DNA of 51,914 nucleotides, from NCBI GenBank assembly GCA_034434895.1, contig DAOTYI010000043.1, forward strand, positions 1 to 51,914. The letters are read 5' to 3'. The notes beneath the pieces were generated by a model that saw nothing but the letters and a program-made list of their open reading frames with translations, ran no database searches and had not been told where the DNA came from. Shown here one piece after another: positions 8,941 through 18,216 of the stretch. Origin of the DNA: Anaerolineae bacterium (lineage in GTDB: Bacteria > Chloroflexota > Anaerolineae > JAAYZQ01). Within the stretch, counting starts at the first letter, position 1, and each line of letters opens with the position of its first letter. Position numbers and translations under genes: made by a program.

Positions 8941-10845
8941 CTTCAAGGCCAGGATGAGCACCCCATCCTGCTCATAGACCGTCTCGTAAGCCGGGCTGCG
9001 GCGCAGGGTCTCGGCGTCCAGCAACGGTCCCCCCACCTGGCCGATGTAGACATGGGTGATGCCCTGGGAGCGCAAGAACTCTACCAGCTCTGGATCGTCC
9101 AGCCGGCCGGCCTCCAGGCGGCGGGCCAGGGCGTTCACCTGCTCCTGGTAATCGGGCGGGTCGGCGGCCTCCATGCTGTAGGTGGCAGGTGGCACCGTGT
9201 TGGCCCGCCCGGTCAGCAGGGGGATCCACCAGCCGGCATCGGAGCCAAAGATGTAGTGGCCCCCAAAGGAAAAGAAAGAGTTGACCAGGAAGCGGGCGTG
9301 AGGAGGCGTGTTTTCCCGGATCCAGGCCATGGCCTGCTCGTCGGCAGGGGTAACCAACTGGTAGGTGTGGTCCAGCACATCGGACCGGGCATGGGCTCCG
9401 ACCAGGCTGAGGAGTGCAGTCAAGGCCAGGGCTATTCCCTGGACCCGGTGGCGGCGGGCGGCCAGTTCCAGCCACTCGCCGGCCAGATAACCCAGCAACA
9501 TCGCCGTCGGCAGGTAGAGGCTGATGATGACCGTAAAGTTGTTGACCAGGCCGCTGTCCAGGCCCAGCCGGTACAGGTTGGCCAGAGCCAACACCAGCCC
9601 GGTCCAGAAGGCGATCAGGCTGGCCGGCGAACGGCGGACCAACGCCCAGGCCGCACCCAGCAGCGCCGGCCATACCAGCCAGCCGGGTGAAAAGTGCCAG
9701 TTGACCCGGAAGGCATTATACTGCTCGTACAGGCTGGCCGATGCCTCGCCCCGCTGATAGGCGGCCAGATTCCCCGGCAGCAGGCCGAAACCGAGCCGCC
9801 ACAGCCAGGGCATCGCCAGTGCCAGGGCGATCAGGCCTGTGCCCGCCAGGCGGAGGAAGGGCACCGACCACAGGCGGGGCGCGTGGCGGGTCACCAGCAG
9901 ACGGTAGATCAGGTAGGGTGGCAGGAAAGCCAGGTAAAAGAGGAGGATGCGATAGTGCGTCAGGCCCAGGCCGGCCACGGACAGGGCAGCCAGAGCCACC
10001 CGACCGGCGTCCCACCGCCCGGCCTCGACCGCTTCCAGCGTGAACCACAGGGCGACCGGCAGGATGGTCAGGCCGGTGAGTTGCGTATAGCGGCCCCAGT
10101 TCACGTAAAACAGGGGCATGGTCGTCAGCAGCCCGGCGACAAGCACCGCCCCGACACCGGCCCAACGCCGTCCATCACTCAGCCGCACCGCCAGCGGATA
10201 GAGGGCCAGGGCGGCCAGGGCGTTGATGAACTGGCCGACCAGCACCACCGTCCGGGGGGTAGAGTTCCCGGTCAGCCAGCCGGTGGCCCACTGGAACAGG
10301 GCTACGTCGGCATGAAAGCCAAAGTGGTAGGTAAAGGAACGCAGCGGGACATAGGGTTGCCACGATTCGAACAGGCCCCCGTTGTCCAGGATCAGTTGGG
10401 CGATCATCGTGTGCTGGTAGGAATCGCCCCAGAAGCCAACGTTGACCCCGCGCACGACCCACAGCCGCACCCAGAGGGTCAGGGTTGCCACCAGCATCAG
10501 CGCCACCAACGGTGCGTCCAGCCACGCCAGCCTCTCGCGCCCCGATCCTCTTCGCCACCAGGTCCACCAGCCCGGCCCTCGCCGCCACAGGATCACCCCG
10601 GCGCTGAGAGCCAGCATGGCCAGGATGGCTCCCGTACCGACCTGCCACCCGACCAGGTGGAGAAACAGCAGCCCGACCGGCGTCAGGGCCAGGGTCAACC
10701 CGGCAGCCAGCACAGGCCACAAAGCCACATCGGAGTGGTTGGGGACGCGGGGCCACAGCAGGCTGAGCAACGCTCCCCCCGGCAACAGAAAGAGGAACGG
10801 TGCGGCCAGCGTCGCCGCGAAAGTGCCCCAGGTGATCTCACCCAC
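8938..10845 (-). CDS. polytopic integral membrane protein, GT-C-fold glycosyltransferase-like, with C-terminal soluble domain
   Basis: 635-aa ORF with more than 10 hydrophobic segments and a ~150-aa hydrophilic C-terminus. GTG start at 10845 preceded by a GGGAGGAG RBS. The function is inferred from topology and neighbourhood only. Confidence 0.5.
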   Translation of the reverse strand: MGEITWGTFAATLAAPFLFLLPGGALLSLLWPRVPNHSDVALWPVLAAGLTLALTPVGLLFLHLVGWQVGTGAILAMLALSAGVILWRRGPGWWTWWRRGSGRERLAWLDAPLVALMLVATLTLWVRLWVVRGVNVGFWGDSYQHTMIAQLILDNGGLFESWQPYVPLRSFTYHFGFHADVALFQWATGWLTGNSTPRTVVLVGQFINALAALALYPLAVRLSDGRRWAGVGAVLVAGLLTTMPLFYVNWGRYTQLTGLTILPVALWFTLEAVEAGRWDAGRVALAALSVAGLGLTHYRILLFYLAFLPPYLIYRLLVTRHAPRLWSVPFLRLAGTGLIALALAMPWLWRLGFGLLPGNLAAYQRGEASASLYEQYNAFRVNWHFSPGWLVWPALLGAAWALVRRSPASLIAFWTGLVLALANLYRLGLDSGLVNNFTVIISLYLPTAMLLGYLAGEWLELAARRHRVQGIALALTALLSLVGAHARSDVLDHTYQLVTPADEQAMAWIRENTPPHARFLVNSFFSFGGHYIFGSDAGWWIPLLTGRANTVPPATYSMEAADPPDYQEQVNALARRLEAGRLDDPELVEFLRSQGITHVYIGQVGGPLLDAETLRRSPAYETVYEQDGVLILALK

Positions 10846-10874
10846 AACTCCTCCCTACCTCAATGACCTGTTAC

Positions 10875-10890
10875 CGCAGAGACGCAGAGA
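10875..10890. repeat. CGCAGAGACGCAGAGA short repeat (copy 1 of 3)
   Basis: The same 16-22-nt string occurs at 14604-14625 and 24629-24651, always intergenic. Confidence 0.6.
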
Positions 10891-10953
10891 TCCCTTGTCT
10901 TTCCTCGAAGCCTCCAAGAGCCAAGGGTGTATGACCAATTGTTGAACCATTCA

Positions 10954-11000
10954 CCACAAAGGCACGAAGGCAAATTCTTCGTGTCTTGGTGCCTTTGTGG
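10954..11000. repeat. hairpin repeat related to the CCACAAAGG core of the MITE-like family
   Basis: CCACAAAGGCAC (10954-10965) pairs with GTGCCTTTGTGG (10989-11000), with inner GAAG/CTTC pairing. Confidence 0.5.
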
Positions 11001-11052
11001 TCAGCCTGCCGGGTCAACGGCGTACCCCCCTGTGATCGAAGGCAAAATCGGT

Positions 11053-11079
11053 GTCCATCCGTCCCATCCGTGCTATCCG
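11053..11079. repeat. three tandem 9-mers (consensus TSCYATCCG)
   Basis: GTCCATCCG TCCCATCCG TGCTATCCG read directly in the intergenic gap. Confidence 0.45.
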
Positions 11080-11129
11080 TGTCCCATCAGGGGTCAACCT
11101 GTTATGAACCATCCCAGACCTTCCAGGTT

Positions 11130-13028
11130 TCAAAGATAGTAGTAAGGCAGGATCACGGTCCACCAGGCCACCATATCCAGCGCCACCAGGCCCAACAGGC
11201 CCAACCAGGCAGCCTCTTTGCGCCGGTGACGCGGCAGGAGTTCGGCCAGCCCGGCGCACAGAAGCAACGCTGTGGGCACAACGGCTGTGCAGGCATAGCG
11301 GGCCGACGGCCAGAACAGGAAACGGGTGACGAACAGCGGATGGACACGCAGCACCGTCCCTCCCCAGCTCATCAGCAGGACGACGCCCAGTATCACCCCC
11401 AGACGATTCTGCCATGCCCCGGACAGACCTCCGGTTCTGAGGCGGCGCACCAGAGCCAGGCCGCTGCCGACGATGCCCAGGGCGGTGAGCAGGGCCAGCG
11501 GATAAAAGTAAGCGCCGGGCAGACTCAGATGCCCCCAGGCGAATTTCCCCCAAAAGCTTTGGAACAGCAGCCACAGTTCCGGGCCGTATACCCAGCCGGT
11601 CCGGGACCACTCGCCCAATGAGTGGACCACATGGACAATGGGCTGCCGGTACAGGCTGCCATCGCCGGCCCAGGCCCGCAGGCCGACCCACGCCCTCTCC
11701 GCCGAACCGTTGCGCACCAGATTGACCAGCGGTTGGCCGCCCCATTGCCCCGTCGTGGCCTCGGCTGTCTGGAATCGGGGGGCCAGGTGCAGGGGCCTCT
11801 CACCCTCCACCAGCACCACCCCATCCGCCTGAAGGGTCGGAGCGGCGGTCGGCTGTTGGGGCAAGAGGATGGAAATGGCCACACCAGTGGCATCGGCGCT
11901 GAGGGTGGTGGTAAAGGCGTAGAACCGCCACTCGGGTGTCACCTCAACCCGGTGCCAGACCCCGGTCCGGCCATCGTCCAGGCTGAGGATGGCGAGACCC
12001 CCTCCCCCTTCAGGCACCCGGAGCCAGGCCCCGGCGGTCACGACACGCCCCCGCAGTGCCCGGCCCTCCAGGCGGTTCAATTCCTGAAAGAGCACACGGG
12101 GATGTTCCTGACCGGCGGCCGACAGGGCCAGAACCGAACGCCCCAGCGGGGCCTCCGCAACAACACGATTGGGGGAGGTCGGCTGGTCGGTGCCGTACCA
12201 GTGGGCGGCATGTTGGCCCCAACTGCAAAGCAGAGCCACGGCCACCAGGGCCAGCAATATCGCTCCCCACCCCAGCCGGCGCCGCCACCACGGGGGCAGG
12301 TAGCCAACGCCAAGAAGCAGCAGGATGGACAGGGCCAGGCTCCCCGCCGTGCTTTTGGTGGCCAGACAGGCGGCTGCCAGAAACAGCACCACCCCGACCC
12401 GCCCTGGCGATGGCCCCCACCGCAACAACCGGGCGCTGGCCCACAGCAGCGCCGAGACCGCCGCCGCCGCACCGACATCGTTGTTCACCGCACTCATCAG
12501 ATCGGTGAAAGGCGGCAACAGAGCCACAAAGGCAGCCACGGCCACGGCCAGTCCCGGCCGGCGGGGAAAGAGCCCGGCCGTCAGCCCATAGGCCGCCGCC
12601 ACGACGACCAGGTAGAACAGCACCGATCCCAGGCGGGCCAGATATAGCTGTGTCTCCACATCCTGATGGGCGGCCAACAACTGCGGCAGGGCCAGCAGCA
12701 GGTAGTAGAGTGGCGGGTGCTCCAGTTCGCTGATGCCGATCCAGGGCGGTTCCTCGGACCAGAAGTCAAGGGCCGGGGCCCCCAGGTCTTTCCAGAAGCC
12801 GGCCGCCTGCATGGAGGAGGCGATCTCGCGCCGCATCTTCAGATCAGAATCCCCCACCTGCGGCAGGCGGCCCCGTTCGGCAATGAGCCGCACATACTCA
12901 AAATGGGTCGGCTCATCATAGTGCTGCCAGGGAGGGATGGCAGCCAGATAGAGGAGGCCCCGGATCAGCGCCAGGGCCAGGATCAAAAGCAGGGCTCCTC
13001 GCTGCCGGGCAGGGCAGGGGCCAGGCAC
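11130..13028 (-). CDS. polytopic membrane protein, DUF2142/GT-C-like putative glycosyltransferase
   Basis: Many TM segments and an early loop motif, PPWQHYDEPTHFEYVRLIAERGRLPQ. The central ~200 aa is hydrophilic. The track ORF extends to 13223 but that part overlaps the upstream gene. The GTG at 13028 lies 2 nt after the upstream TGA and is the likeliest start, though still uncertain. Confidence 0.5.
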   Translation of the reverse strand: MPGPCPARQRGALLLILALALIRGLLYLAAIPPWQHYDEPTHFEYVRLIAERGRLPQVGDSDLKMRREIASSMQAAGFWKDLGAPALDFWSEEPPWIGISELEHPPLYYLLLALPQLLAAHQDVETQLYLARLGSVLFYLVVVAAAYGLTAGLFPRRPGLAVAVAAFVALLPPFTDLMSAVNNDVGAAAAVSALLWASARLLRWGPSPGRVGVVLFLAAACLATKSTAGSLALSILLLLGVGYLPPWWRRRLGWGAILLALVAVALLCSWGQHAAHWYGTDQPTSPNRVVAEAPLGRSVLALSAAGQEHPRVLFQELNRLEGRALRGRVVTAGAWLRVPEGGGGLAILSLDDGRTGVWHRVEVTPEWRFYAFTTTLSADATGVAISILLPQQPTAAPTLQADGVVLVEGERPLHLAPRFQTAEATTGQWGGQPLVNLVRNGSAERAWVGLRAWAGDGSLYRQPIVHVVHSLGEWSRTGWVYGPELWLLFQSFWGKFAWGHLSLPGAYFYPLALLTALGIVGSGLALVRRLRTGGLSGAWQNRLGVILGVVLLMSWGGTVLRVHPLFVTRFLFWPSARYACTAVVPTALLLCAGLAELLPRHRRKEAAWLGLLGLVALDMVAWWTVILPYYYL

Positions 13029-13030
13029 CT

Positions 13031-14425
13031 TCAATAGGCCCCCTTGCTCTTTAACACTGCGCCCACGGTATGCCACAGGATCTGGAGATCGAGCAGGAAG
13101 GAATAGTTCTGAATGTAAAAGAGGTCTTCGTCGGTGTAGAGGTGCATCGGTTTGTCGCTGCGGCCGTTCACCTGCCACCAACCGGTGATGCCCTGGGGGA
13201 CAGAGAAGCGCTGCCACTGCCACGGCTCATATTTTTCCACCAGCCAGGGCAGTTCCGGCCGTGGGCCGACCAGGCTCATCTCCCCCTTGAGGACGTTGAT
13301 GAGCTGGGGAAGCTCGTCCAGGCTGGTGCGACGGATGAACCGGCCAACGCGGGTCACGCGAGGATCGTCGGGGTGCTTGTAGAACAGCCTGCCATCCCCG
13401 CGGACGCGCACTGTTTTGAACTGTTGCTGCTCGGCACCCTGGATCATGGAGCGGAATTTATACATCCAAAAGATCTTGCCCTGCTCCCCCACCCGTTTTT
13501 GCTTAAAGATGACAGGGCCGGGCGAGTCAAGACGGACGGCGATGGCGACCAGCAACAGGACAGGGGAGAGCAGGATCAGCAGGAGGCTGCCGACGATCAG
13601 GTCGAATGCCCGCTTGATCCGCCGCTCAAAGGGATCCAGCGTCGGTTGTCGCAGGGTGATCATCGGCACGCCGGCAAACTCTTCGGCCACAGTGCGGAAC
13701 AGCGTTATCTTGATGTGGTCCGGCACAATCCGCACCCGGGCCGGCAGCGATTTCATGCCATCCAACAGGCGGAAGAAACGGTCGTAGGCCTGTACCGACA
13801 GGGCCACCACGATCTCCTCGATCCCCTCCGCTTCCACGACCCGGGCCACCTCCTCGACCCGGCCCAGCACCGGATAGCCCTCCACCTCTGTGCCGGGCGG
13901 CAGGTCGTCATCCAGAAAGCCTGCCAGCTCCAATCCGGTCCAGCGGTGGCGTTCGATCATATGCACCGTATCGCAACCGACCGGCCCGGCCCCCACGATT
14001 AACACCTTCCGCCGGTTATACCGGGGTTTGTCCACCAGCCTCAGGCCGAGCCGCACCAGAAGCCGGGAGCCGATCAGGAAAGCCAGGTCCAGGGCGTAAA
14101 AGGTGAGGATCTGGAGCCGTGAAACGTGGGGGAAGGTGAAAAAGAGCACGCCTGCCAGGGCCAGGGTAGCCAGAGTGATGACAAGAAACAGGCTCTGGGT
14201 CTCATCCACAGCACGCCGGTCGCGCGCCCGATAGAGCGGTGACAACAGCAGGGCAACGCTCCAGATCATGGCCACCAGCAGATAGACGGTCAGGCCCGGA
14301 TGTGCCTGGGAAGTGGCAAACAGCAGCGGACTCGAGACGACAGCCAGCAGCAGGGCCGATTCTGTCAGGATTAGATCCGATCCAAAGCGCAAAAGGGTCA
14401 AGTGGGCTCTGAACCGCTCCGACAT
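13031..14425 (-). CDS. polyprenyl-phosphate glycosyl-1-phosphate transferase (WbaP/EpsB-type bacterial sugar transferase)
   Basis: N-terminal TM bundle, a Rossmann-like [10 protein letters not shown], and a C-terminal Bac_transf signature ([10 protein letters not shown]...[10 protein letters not shown]...FRSM...[24 protein letters not shown]...[13 protein letters not shown]). Strong purine-rich RBS. Confidence 0.88.
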   Translation of the reverse strand: MSERFRAHLTLLRFGSDLILTESALLLAVVSSPLLFATSQAHPGLTVYLLVAMIWSVALLLSPLYRARDRRAVDETQSLFLVITLATLALAGVLFFTFPHVSRLQILTFYALDLAFLIGSRLLVRLGLRLVDKPRYNRRKVLIVGAGPVGCDTVHMIERHRWTGLELAGFLDDDLPPGTEVEGYPVLGRVEEVARVVEAEGIEEIVVALSVQAYDRFFRLLDGMKSLPARVRIVPDHIKITLFRTVAEEFAGVPMITLRQPTLDPFERRIKRAFDLIVGSLLLILLSPVLLLVAIAVRLDSPGPVIFKQKRVGEQGKIFWMYKFRSMIQGAEQQQFKTVRVRGDGRLFYKHPDDPRVTRVGRFIRRTSLDELPQLINVLKGEMSLVGPRPELPWLVEKYEPWQWQRFSVPQGITGWWQVNGRSDKPMHLYTDEDLFYIQNYSFLLDLQILWHTVGAVLKSKGAY

Positions 14426-14542
14426 CCTTCCTTCTCCTCTCTCCCATCACCCGGTACTGGTGGGGCAGGGCGATGGTCTCTTCTCCCGGCCCTGATTATA
14501 CCCCAGCTTTCGCCAAAAGGCAATATCCGCAGATGACCATTT

Positions 14543-14590
14543 AGAGCCTGTCTGAAAAACCACCAGGGACACAGAGGGCACCCTATTTGT
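14543..14590. repeat. half copy of the MITE-like element
   Basis: AGAGCCTGTCTGAAAAACCACCAGGGACACAGAGGGCACC matches the left end of 35686-35793. An inverted CTTTGTGCCCTGGTGG follows at 14733-14748. Confidence 0.55.
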
Positions 14591-14603
14591 TGATCAGATG
14601 CAT

Positions 14604-14625
14604 CGCAGAGACGCAGAGAACGCCG
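14604..14625. repeat. CGCAGAGACGCAGAGAACGCCG short repeat (copy 2)
   Basis: Identical core to 10875-10890 and 24629-24651. Confidence 0.6.
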
Positions 14626-14656
14626 GGGAGACCACGGAAATCAGGCTGGATTTGAA

Positions 14657-14697
14657 GCTTCAGCCGGCCTTTTCCGCCTGAAGGCTCCACTCCCATC
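14657..14697. repeat. inverted copy of the 17-57 repeat
   Basis: The reverse complement reads ATGGGAGTGGAGCCTTCAGGCGGAAAAGGCCGGCTGAAGC. Confidence 0.6.
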
Positions 14698-14759
14698 GCT
14701 CACAAAGACACCAAGGCTCAGAGTCAATAAATCTTTGTGCCCTGGTGGTGACCATGCGG

Positions 14760-16589
14760 TTACCACGCGCCAAAGAATTCCGCCAGGCGTGTATACAGCA
14801 CCCGCTGGTTCCTGGGCCTGACGATGCCGTGGCCCTCATCGTCAAAAGCCAGCAGTTCATACTCGACCCCGGCCTGCTCCAGCGCCTGGCGCACGACCCG
14901 CACATTTTCGGGCGTGACGTTGGGGTCCTGCAACCCCTGAACGATCAGCAACCGCCCCCGGATGTTGTGGACGGCATAGAGGGGGGAACGCTCCCGGTAA
15001 CGCTCCGGCACCTGTTCGGGCGAGCCACCCATCATCTCTTCGCTCAGCGGGCGCAGGTCAGGGCGGGTGGTCTGGTAATCCACGACCAGGTCGGTCATGC
15101 CACAGATAGGGGCTGCGGCGGCCACCACCTGGGGAGGAAAGTGGGTGATGGCCCACCAGGCCGAGTAGCCGCCATAGGAGGTGCCGGTGATGCCCACCCT
15201 GCCCGGTTCGGCGATCCCGGCAGCGATCAGCGCCTCGATTCCGGCACGGATGTCCTCCTGCTCGCGGCCGCCCCAGCCGTCGGCTTTGATCGCCTCGCGG
15301 TAGGCGCGGCTGAACCCGGTGCTGCCCCGGTAGTTGGGGTCCAGCACATGGAAACCCTGCGAGACAAAAAACTGGATCTGAGCATTGATCCGGTCCTGGC
15401 TGTGCCAGGTCGGTCCGCCGTGGACATAGACGATGGTCCCCCGTGGCTCGCCCCGGGCCCGGTAGAGCCAGCCCTGCACCTCCAGCCCGTCGGCCGAGCG
15501 CCAGCGGAAATCCTCGGCGGGGGCCAGGTCTGCTGGGCGGAGCCAGGTGCGCTCCCAGACGCAGGTCAGGCTCACCAGCGATTCCGGGTCCGCGGCCTGA
15601 AGGGAAAAGCGCACCAGATCGGCCGGTTGTTGCGAGCTGTAATAGTGCCCGACCCACTCCCCTTCGCCGACCGGAGCCAGCGGGATCAGGTTGCCGGGGA
15701 GAGGAGGCAGGGGGGTCTCCTGGCCGCTCTCCACATCCAGCAGCGAAGCCCGGACCCGGGCCTGCCGGTATTCGAGAATGACAGCCTGGCGGCTGCCGTG
15801 GGGCACATAGGCCGACTCGATGTTGCGGGCCGGGTCATCCAGCAGCCAGCGCAGTTGCCCCCCTTCCATCTCCCACACGCCGACGCGCTGGTGGGTTTCT
15901 GTCTCGGCCAGAACCAGGGCACGCTGGCCGTCGGGGAACCAGGTGGCCTGCGCCCTTTTGTCGTCGCCGACATTGATGATTTCGCGGTCCTCCCGGCCTT
16001 CGATGTCCACCAGCCACACCTGCCGGCCGGCGGGGTGCCGGTCGGCGCGGCGGTAGAGGAGATGCGTGCCCGGCTCGTTCAGCTCCGGTTCGTACCAGCA
16101 GCCGCGTTGCGGGCGGGCCAGGGGCACGCGTTGACCGCTCTCCAGGTCGTGACGGTAGAGCCAGGTCGGCTCGATCTCCCGGCCGGCGGCCTGGTCCCAG
16201 TTGGCGGCATAGACCAGCCAGCGGCCATTGGGGTGCAGTTGCCCGCCGCGCAGGAAAAAGCTGGGCGACGGCTCGGTCAGCGGCTGCATGACGCCCGGAT
16301 GGTCCAGCTCCACGCGGAAGAGTTGAGCCCGTTCATCCCCATCGCGGTCCTGAGCAACCAGCAGCGCCCGGCTATCGGGCGTCCAGGAGACGACCAGTGT
16401 GTCCTGGTCTGTGTCTGTCAGGCGGATGGGCGGGGCCGAACCGTCGGTCGGCGCGGCATAGACATCAGCCGCCGGGCCGGTGCGATACCAGGTCCAGGCG
16501 GCCCAACGGCCATCTCGTGAGATCCTGGGTTCTTCCAGTGTCGGCAGACTGAGTAAAGCCTCTAAAAAGCTGTCCCTATTCATGCTCAT
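14760..16589 (-). CDS. S9 family serine peptidase (prolyl oligopeptidase / acylaminoacyl-peptidase-like)
   Basis: N-terminal beta-propeller-like repeats (W/DG-rich) and a C-terminal alpha/beta domain with nucleophile GTSYGGYSA plus distal FDDEGHG. ATGA overlap with the upstream gene at 16586-16589. Confidence 0.85.
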   Translation of the reverse strand: MSMNRDSFLEALLSLPTLEEPRISRDGRWAAWTWYRTGPAADVYAAPTDGSAPPIRLTDTDQDTLVVSWTPDSRALLVAQDRDGDERAQLFRVELDHPGVMQPLTEPSPSFFLRGGQLHPNGRWLVYAANWDQAAGREIEPTWLYRHDLESGQRVPLARPQRGCWYEPELNEPGTHLLYRRADRHPAGRQVWLVDIEGREDREIINVGDDKRAQATWFPDGQRALVLAETETHQRVGVWEMEGGQLRWLLDDPARNIESAYVPHGSRQAVILEYRQARVRASLLDVESGQETPLPPLPGNLIPLAPVGEGEWVGHYYSSQQPADLVRFSLQAADPESLVSLTCVWERTWLRPADLAPAEDFRWRSADGLEVQGWLYRARGEPRGTIVYVHGGPTWHSQDRINAQIQFFVSQGFHVLDPNYRGSTGFSRAYREAIKADGWGGREQEDIRAGIEALIAAGIAEPGRVGITGTSYGGYSAWWAITHFPPQVVAAAAPICGMTDLVVDYQTTRPDLRPLSEEMMGGSPEQVPERYRERSPLYAVHNIRGRLLIVQGLQDPNVTPENVRVVRQALEQAGVEYELLAFDDEGHGIVRPRNQRVLYTRLAEFFGAW

Positions 16590-18190
16590 CCCCTCCTGAT
16601 AGGCCGCAAGACCCGTCCTGGCCGCTCATCGGTCTGCTGGCCGTCACGCACGACAAACCGTCCGTTGACCAGCACATGGCAGATACCGGCCGGGTAGCGG
16701 TGCGGCTCGGTGAATGTGGCCCTATCGGCGATGGTCGCCGGATCCAGGACAACCAGGTCGGCAAATGCCCCTGGGCCGACCACACCCCGGTCGCGAAGGC
16801 CAACGCGGGCGGCGGGCAGGCTGGTCATCTTGCGGATCGCCTCCTCCCAGGTGAGCACACCCTGCTCCCGGACATAGCGGGCCAACACGCGGGGATAGGT
16901 GCCATAGGCACGGGGATGGGGCACCCCCTCGGCCAGAGGGCCATCGGCGGCCAAGGCCTCGGCATCGGTGATAATGGCGGTCTGGGGATGACGGAGGATA
17001 GTGGTCACGTCCTCTTCATCCATGCCAAAGTGGACCATCGTCGCCTGCGCCTCCGACTCGACGATCAGGTCGAGGGCGGTCTGCAGGGGATCGGCGCCAG
17101 CGGCAGCAGCGATCTCAGCCAGGGTGTGGCCCGCCAGTTCAGGGCGCGAGGGGTGAAACGAGAGCAGAAACTCCTCCCATGCCTGGTCCTCGGCCATGTT
17201 TTCCCAATCGGACGGGCTGCCGCTGGTGAGCATCCGGGCGATTTCGGCCCGGGTCTGGGGGTCGCGCAGGCGGGTCAGCAGCGCCGCCGTGCCCCCGGCG
17301 TGAAAGGGGGGCGGCACCAGCGCGTCCAGCGAGGTGGCCGAGGCGGTATAGGGGTATTGGTCCCACCCCAGGTCCACCCCCTCAGCACGGACGGCCTCCA
17401 GCCAGGCCAGCAACCGTTCGGCCCCGCCCCACAGGGAGCGAGCGCCCAGCTTCAGGTGAGAGATCTCCACCCGCGCCCCGGTCGCCCGCCCCACGGCGAC
17501 CGCTTCCTCCAGCGCCGCCATCAGCCCTGCTGCCTCGTTGCGCACGTGGCTGGCGTACAGCCCGCCCTGGGCGGCGGCGACCCGTGCCAGGGCAGCCAGC
17601 TCCTCATGGTCGGCGTAGGAGCCGGGGGCGTAGAACAGGCCGCTGCTCAGGCCCAGCGCCCCTTCCTCCAACGCCTGGGCAAGCAGCCGGGCCATGGCCG
17701 TCCGCTGCTGGGGTGTGGCCGGCCGGTCGGAGCCGCCAACGACAGCGTAGCGCAAGGTGCCGTGGCCGACCAGCGTGCCGAAATTCAATGCCACCCCCTG
17801 GCGCTCCAGGCGGGCCAGAAATTCGGCCATCGTCTCCCAGTCAGGCTCCAGACCCAGGCGGTTGAGAAAGACAGGCAGCTCCTCTCGCGCCTGACCCAGC
17901 AGCGGTGCAGCGGAAAAGCCACACTGACCCGAGATCTCGGTGGTGACCCCCTGGCGCACCTTGGATGCGCCGCGTCCGTCGGCCAGCAGGCTCAGCTCCG
18001 AGTGGGCATGGAGGTCCACAAAGCCAGGGGTGACGAACAGGCCGGAGAGGTCGAGCGCCTGCTGCGCTTCACGCCCACGCAACTCACCCACGGCGACGAC
18101 CCGGTCGCCGACGATGCCCAGGTCGGCGGGGCGAGCCGGAGCGCCGGTGCCATCAATCAACGTGCCGCCACAAAGAAGCAGGTCGAACAT
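16586..18190 (-). CDS. N-acyl-D-amino-acid deacylase (D-aminoacylase), amidohydrolase superfamily
   Basis: FDLLLCGGTLIDGTGAP...GFVDLHAHSE (HxH metal site), followed by the typical D-aminoacylase C-terminal beta-domain (GRIAPGAFADLVVLDP-like: VGPGAFADLVVLDP). The ATG at 18190 has an AGGAGGA RBS. Confidence 0.82.
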   Translation of the reverse strand: MFDLLLCGGTLIDGTGAPARPADLGIVGDRVVAVGELRGREAQQALDLSGLFVTPGFVDLHAHSELSLLADGRGASKVRQGVTTEISGQCGFSAAPLLGQAREELPVFLNRLGLEPDWETMAEFLARLERQGVALNFGTLVGHGTLRYAVVGGSDRPATPQQRTAMARLLAQALEEGALGLSSGLFYAPGSYADHEELAALARVAAAQGGLYASHVRNEAAGLMAALEEAVAVGRATGARVEISHLKLGARSLWGGAERLLAWLEAVRAEGVDLGWDQYPYTASATSLDALVPPPFHAGGTAALLTRLRDPQTRAEIARMLTSGSPSDWENMAEDQAWEEFLLSFHPSRPELAGHTLAEIAAAAGADPLQTALDLIVESEAQATMVHFGMDEEDVTTILRHPQTAIITDAEALAADGPLAEGVPHPRAYGTYPRVLARYVREQGVLTWEEAIRKMTSLPAARVGLRDRGVVGPGAFADLVVLDPATIADRATFTEPHRYPAGICHVLVNGRFVVRDGQQTDERPGRVLRPIRRG

Positions 18191-18216
18191 GATAGAGTCT
18201 CCTCCTGGGCCGCCAT

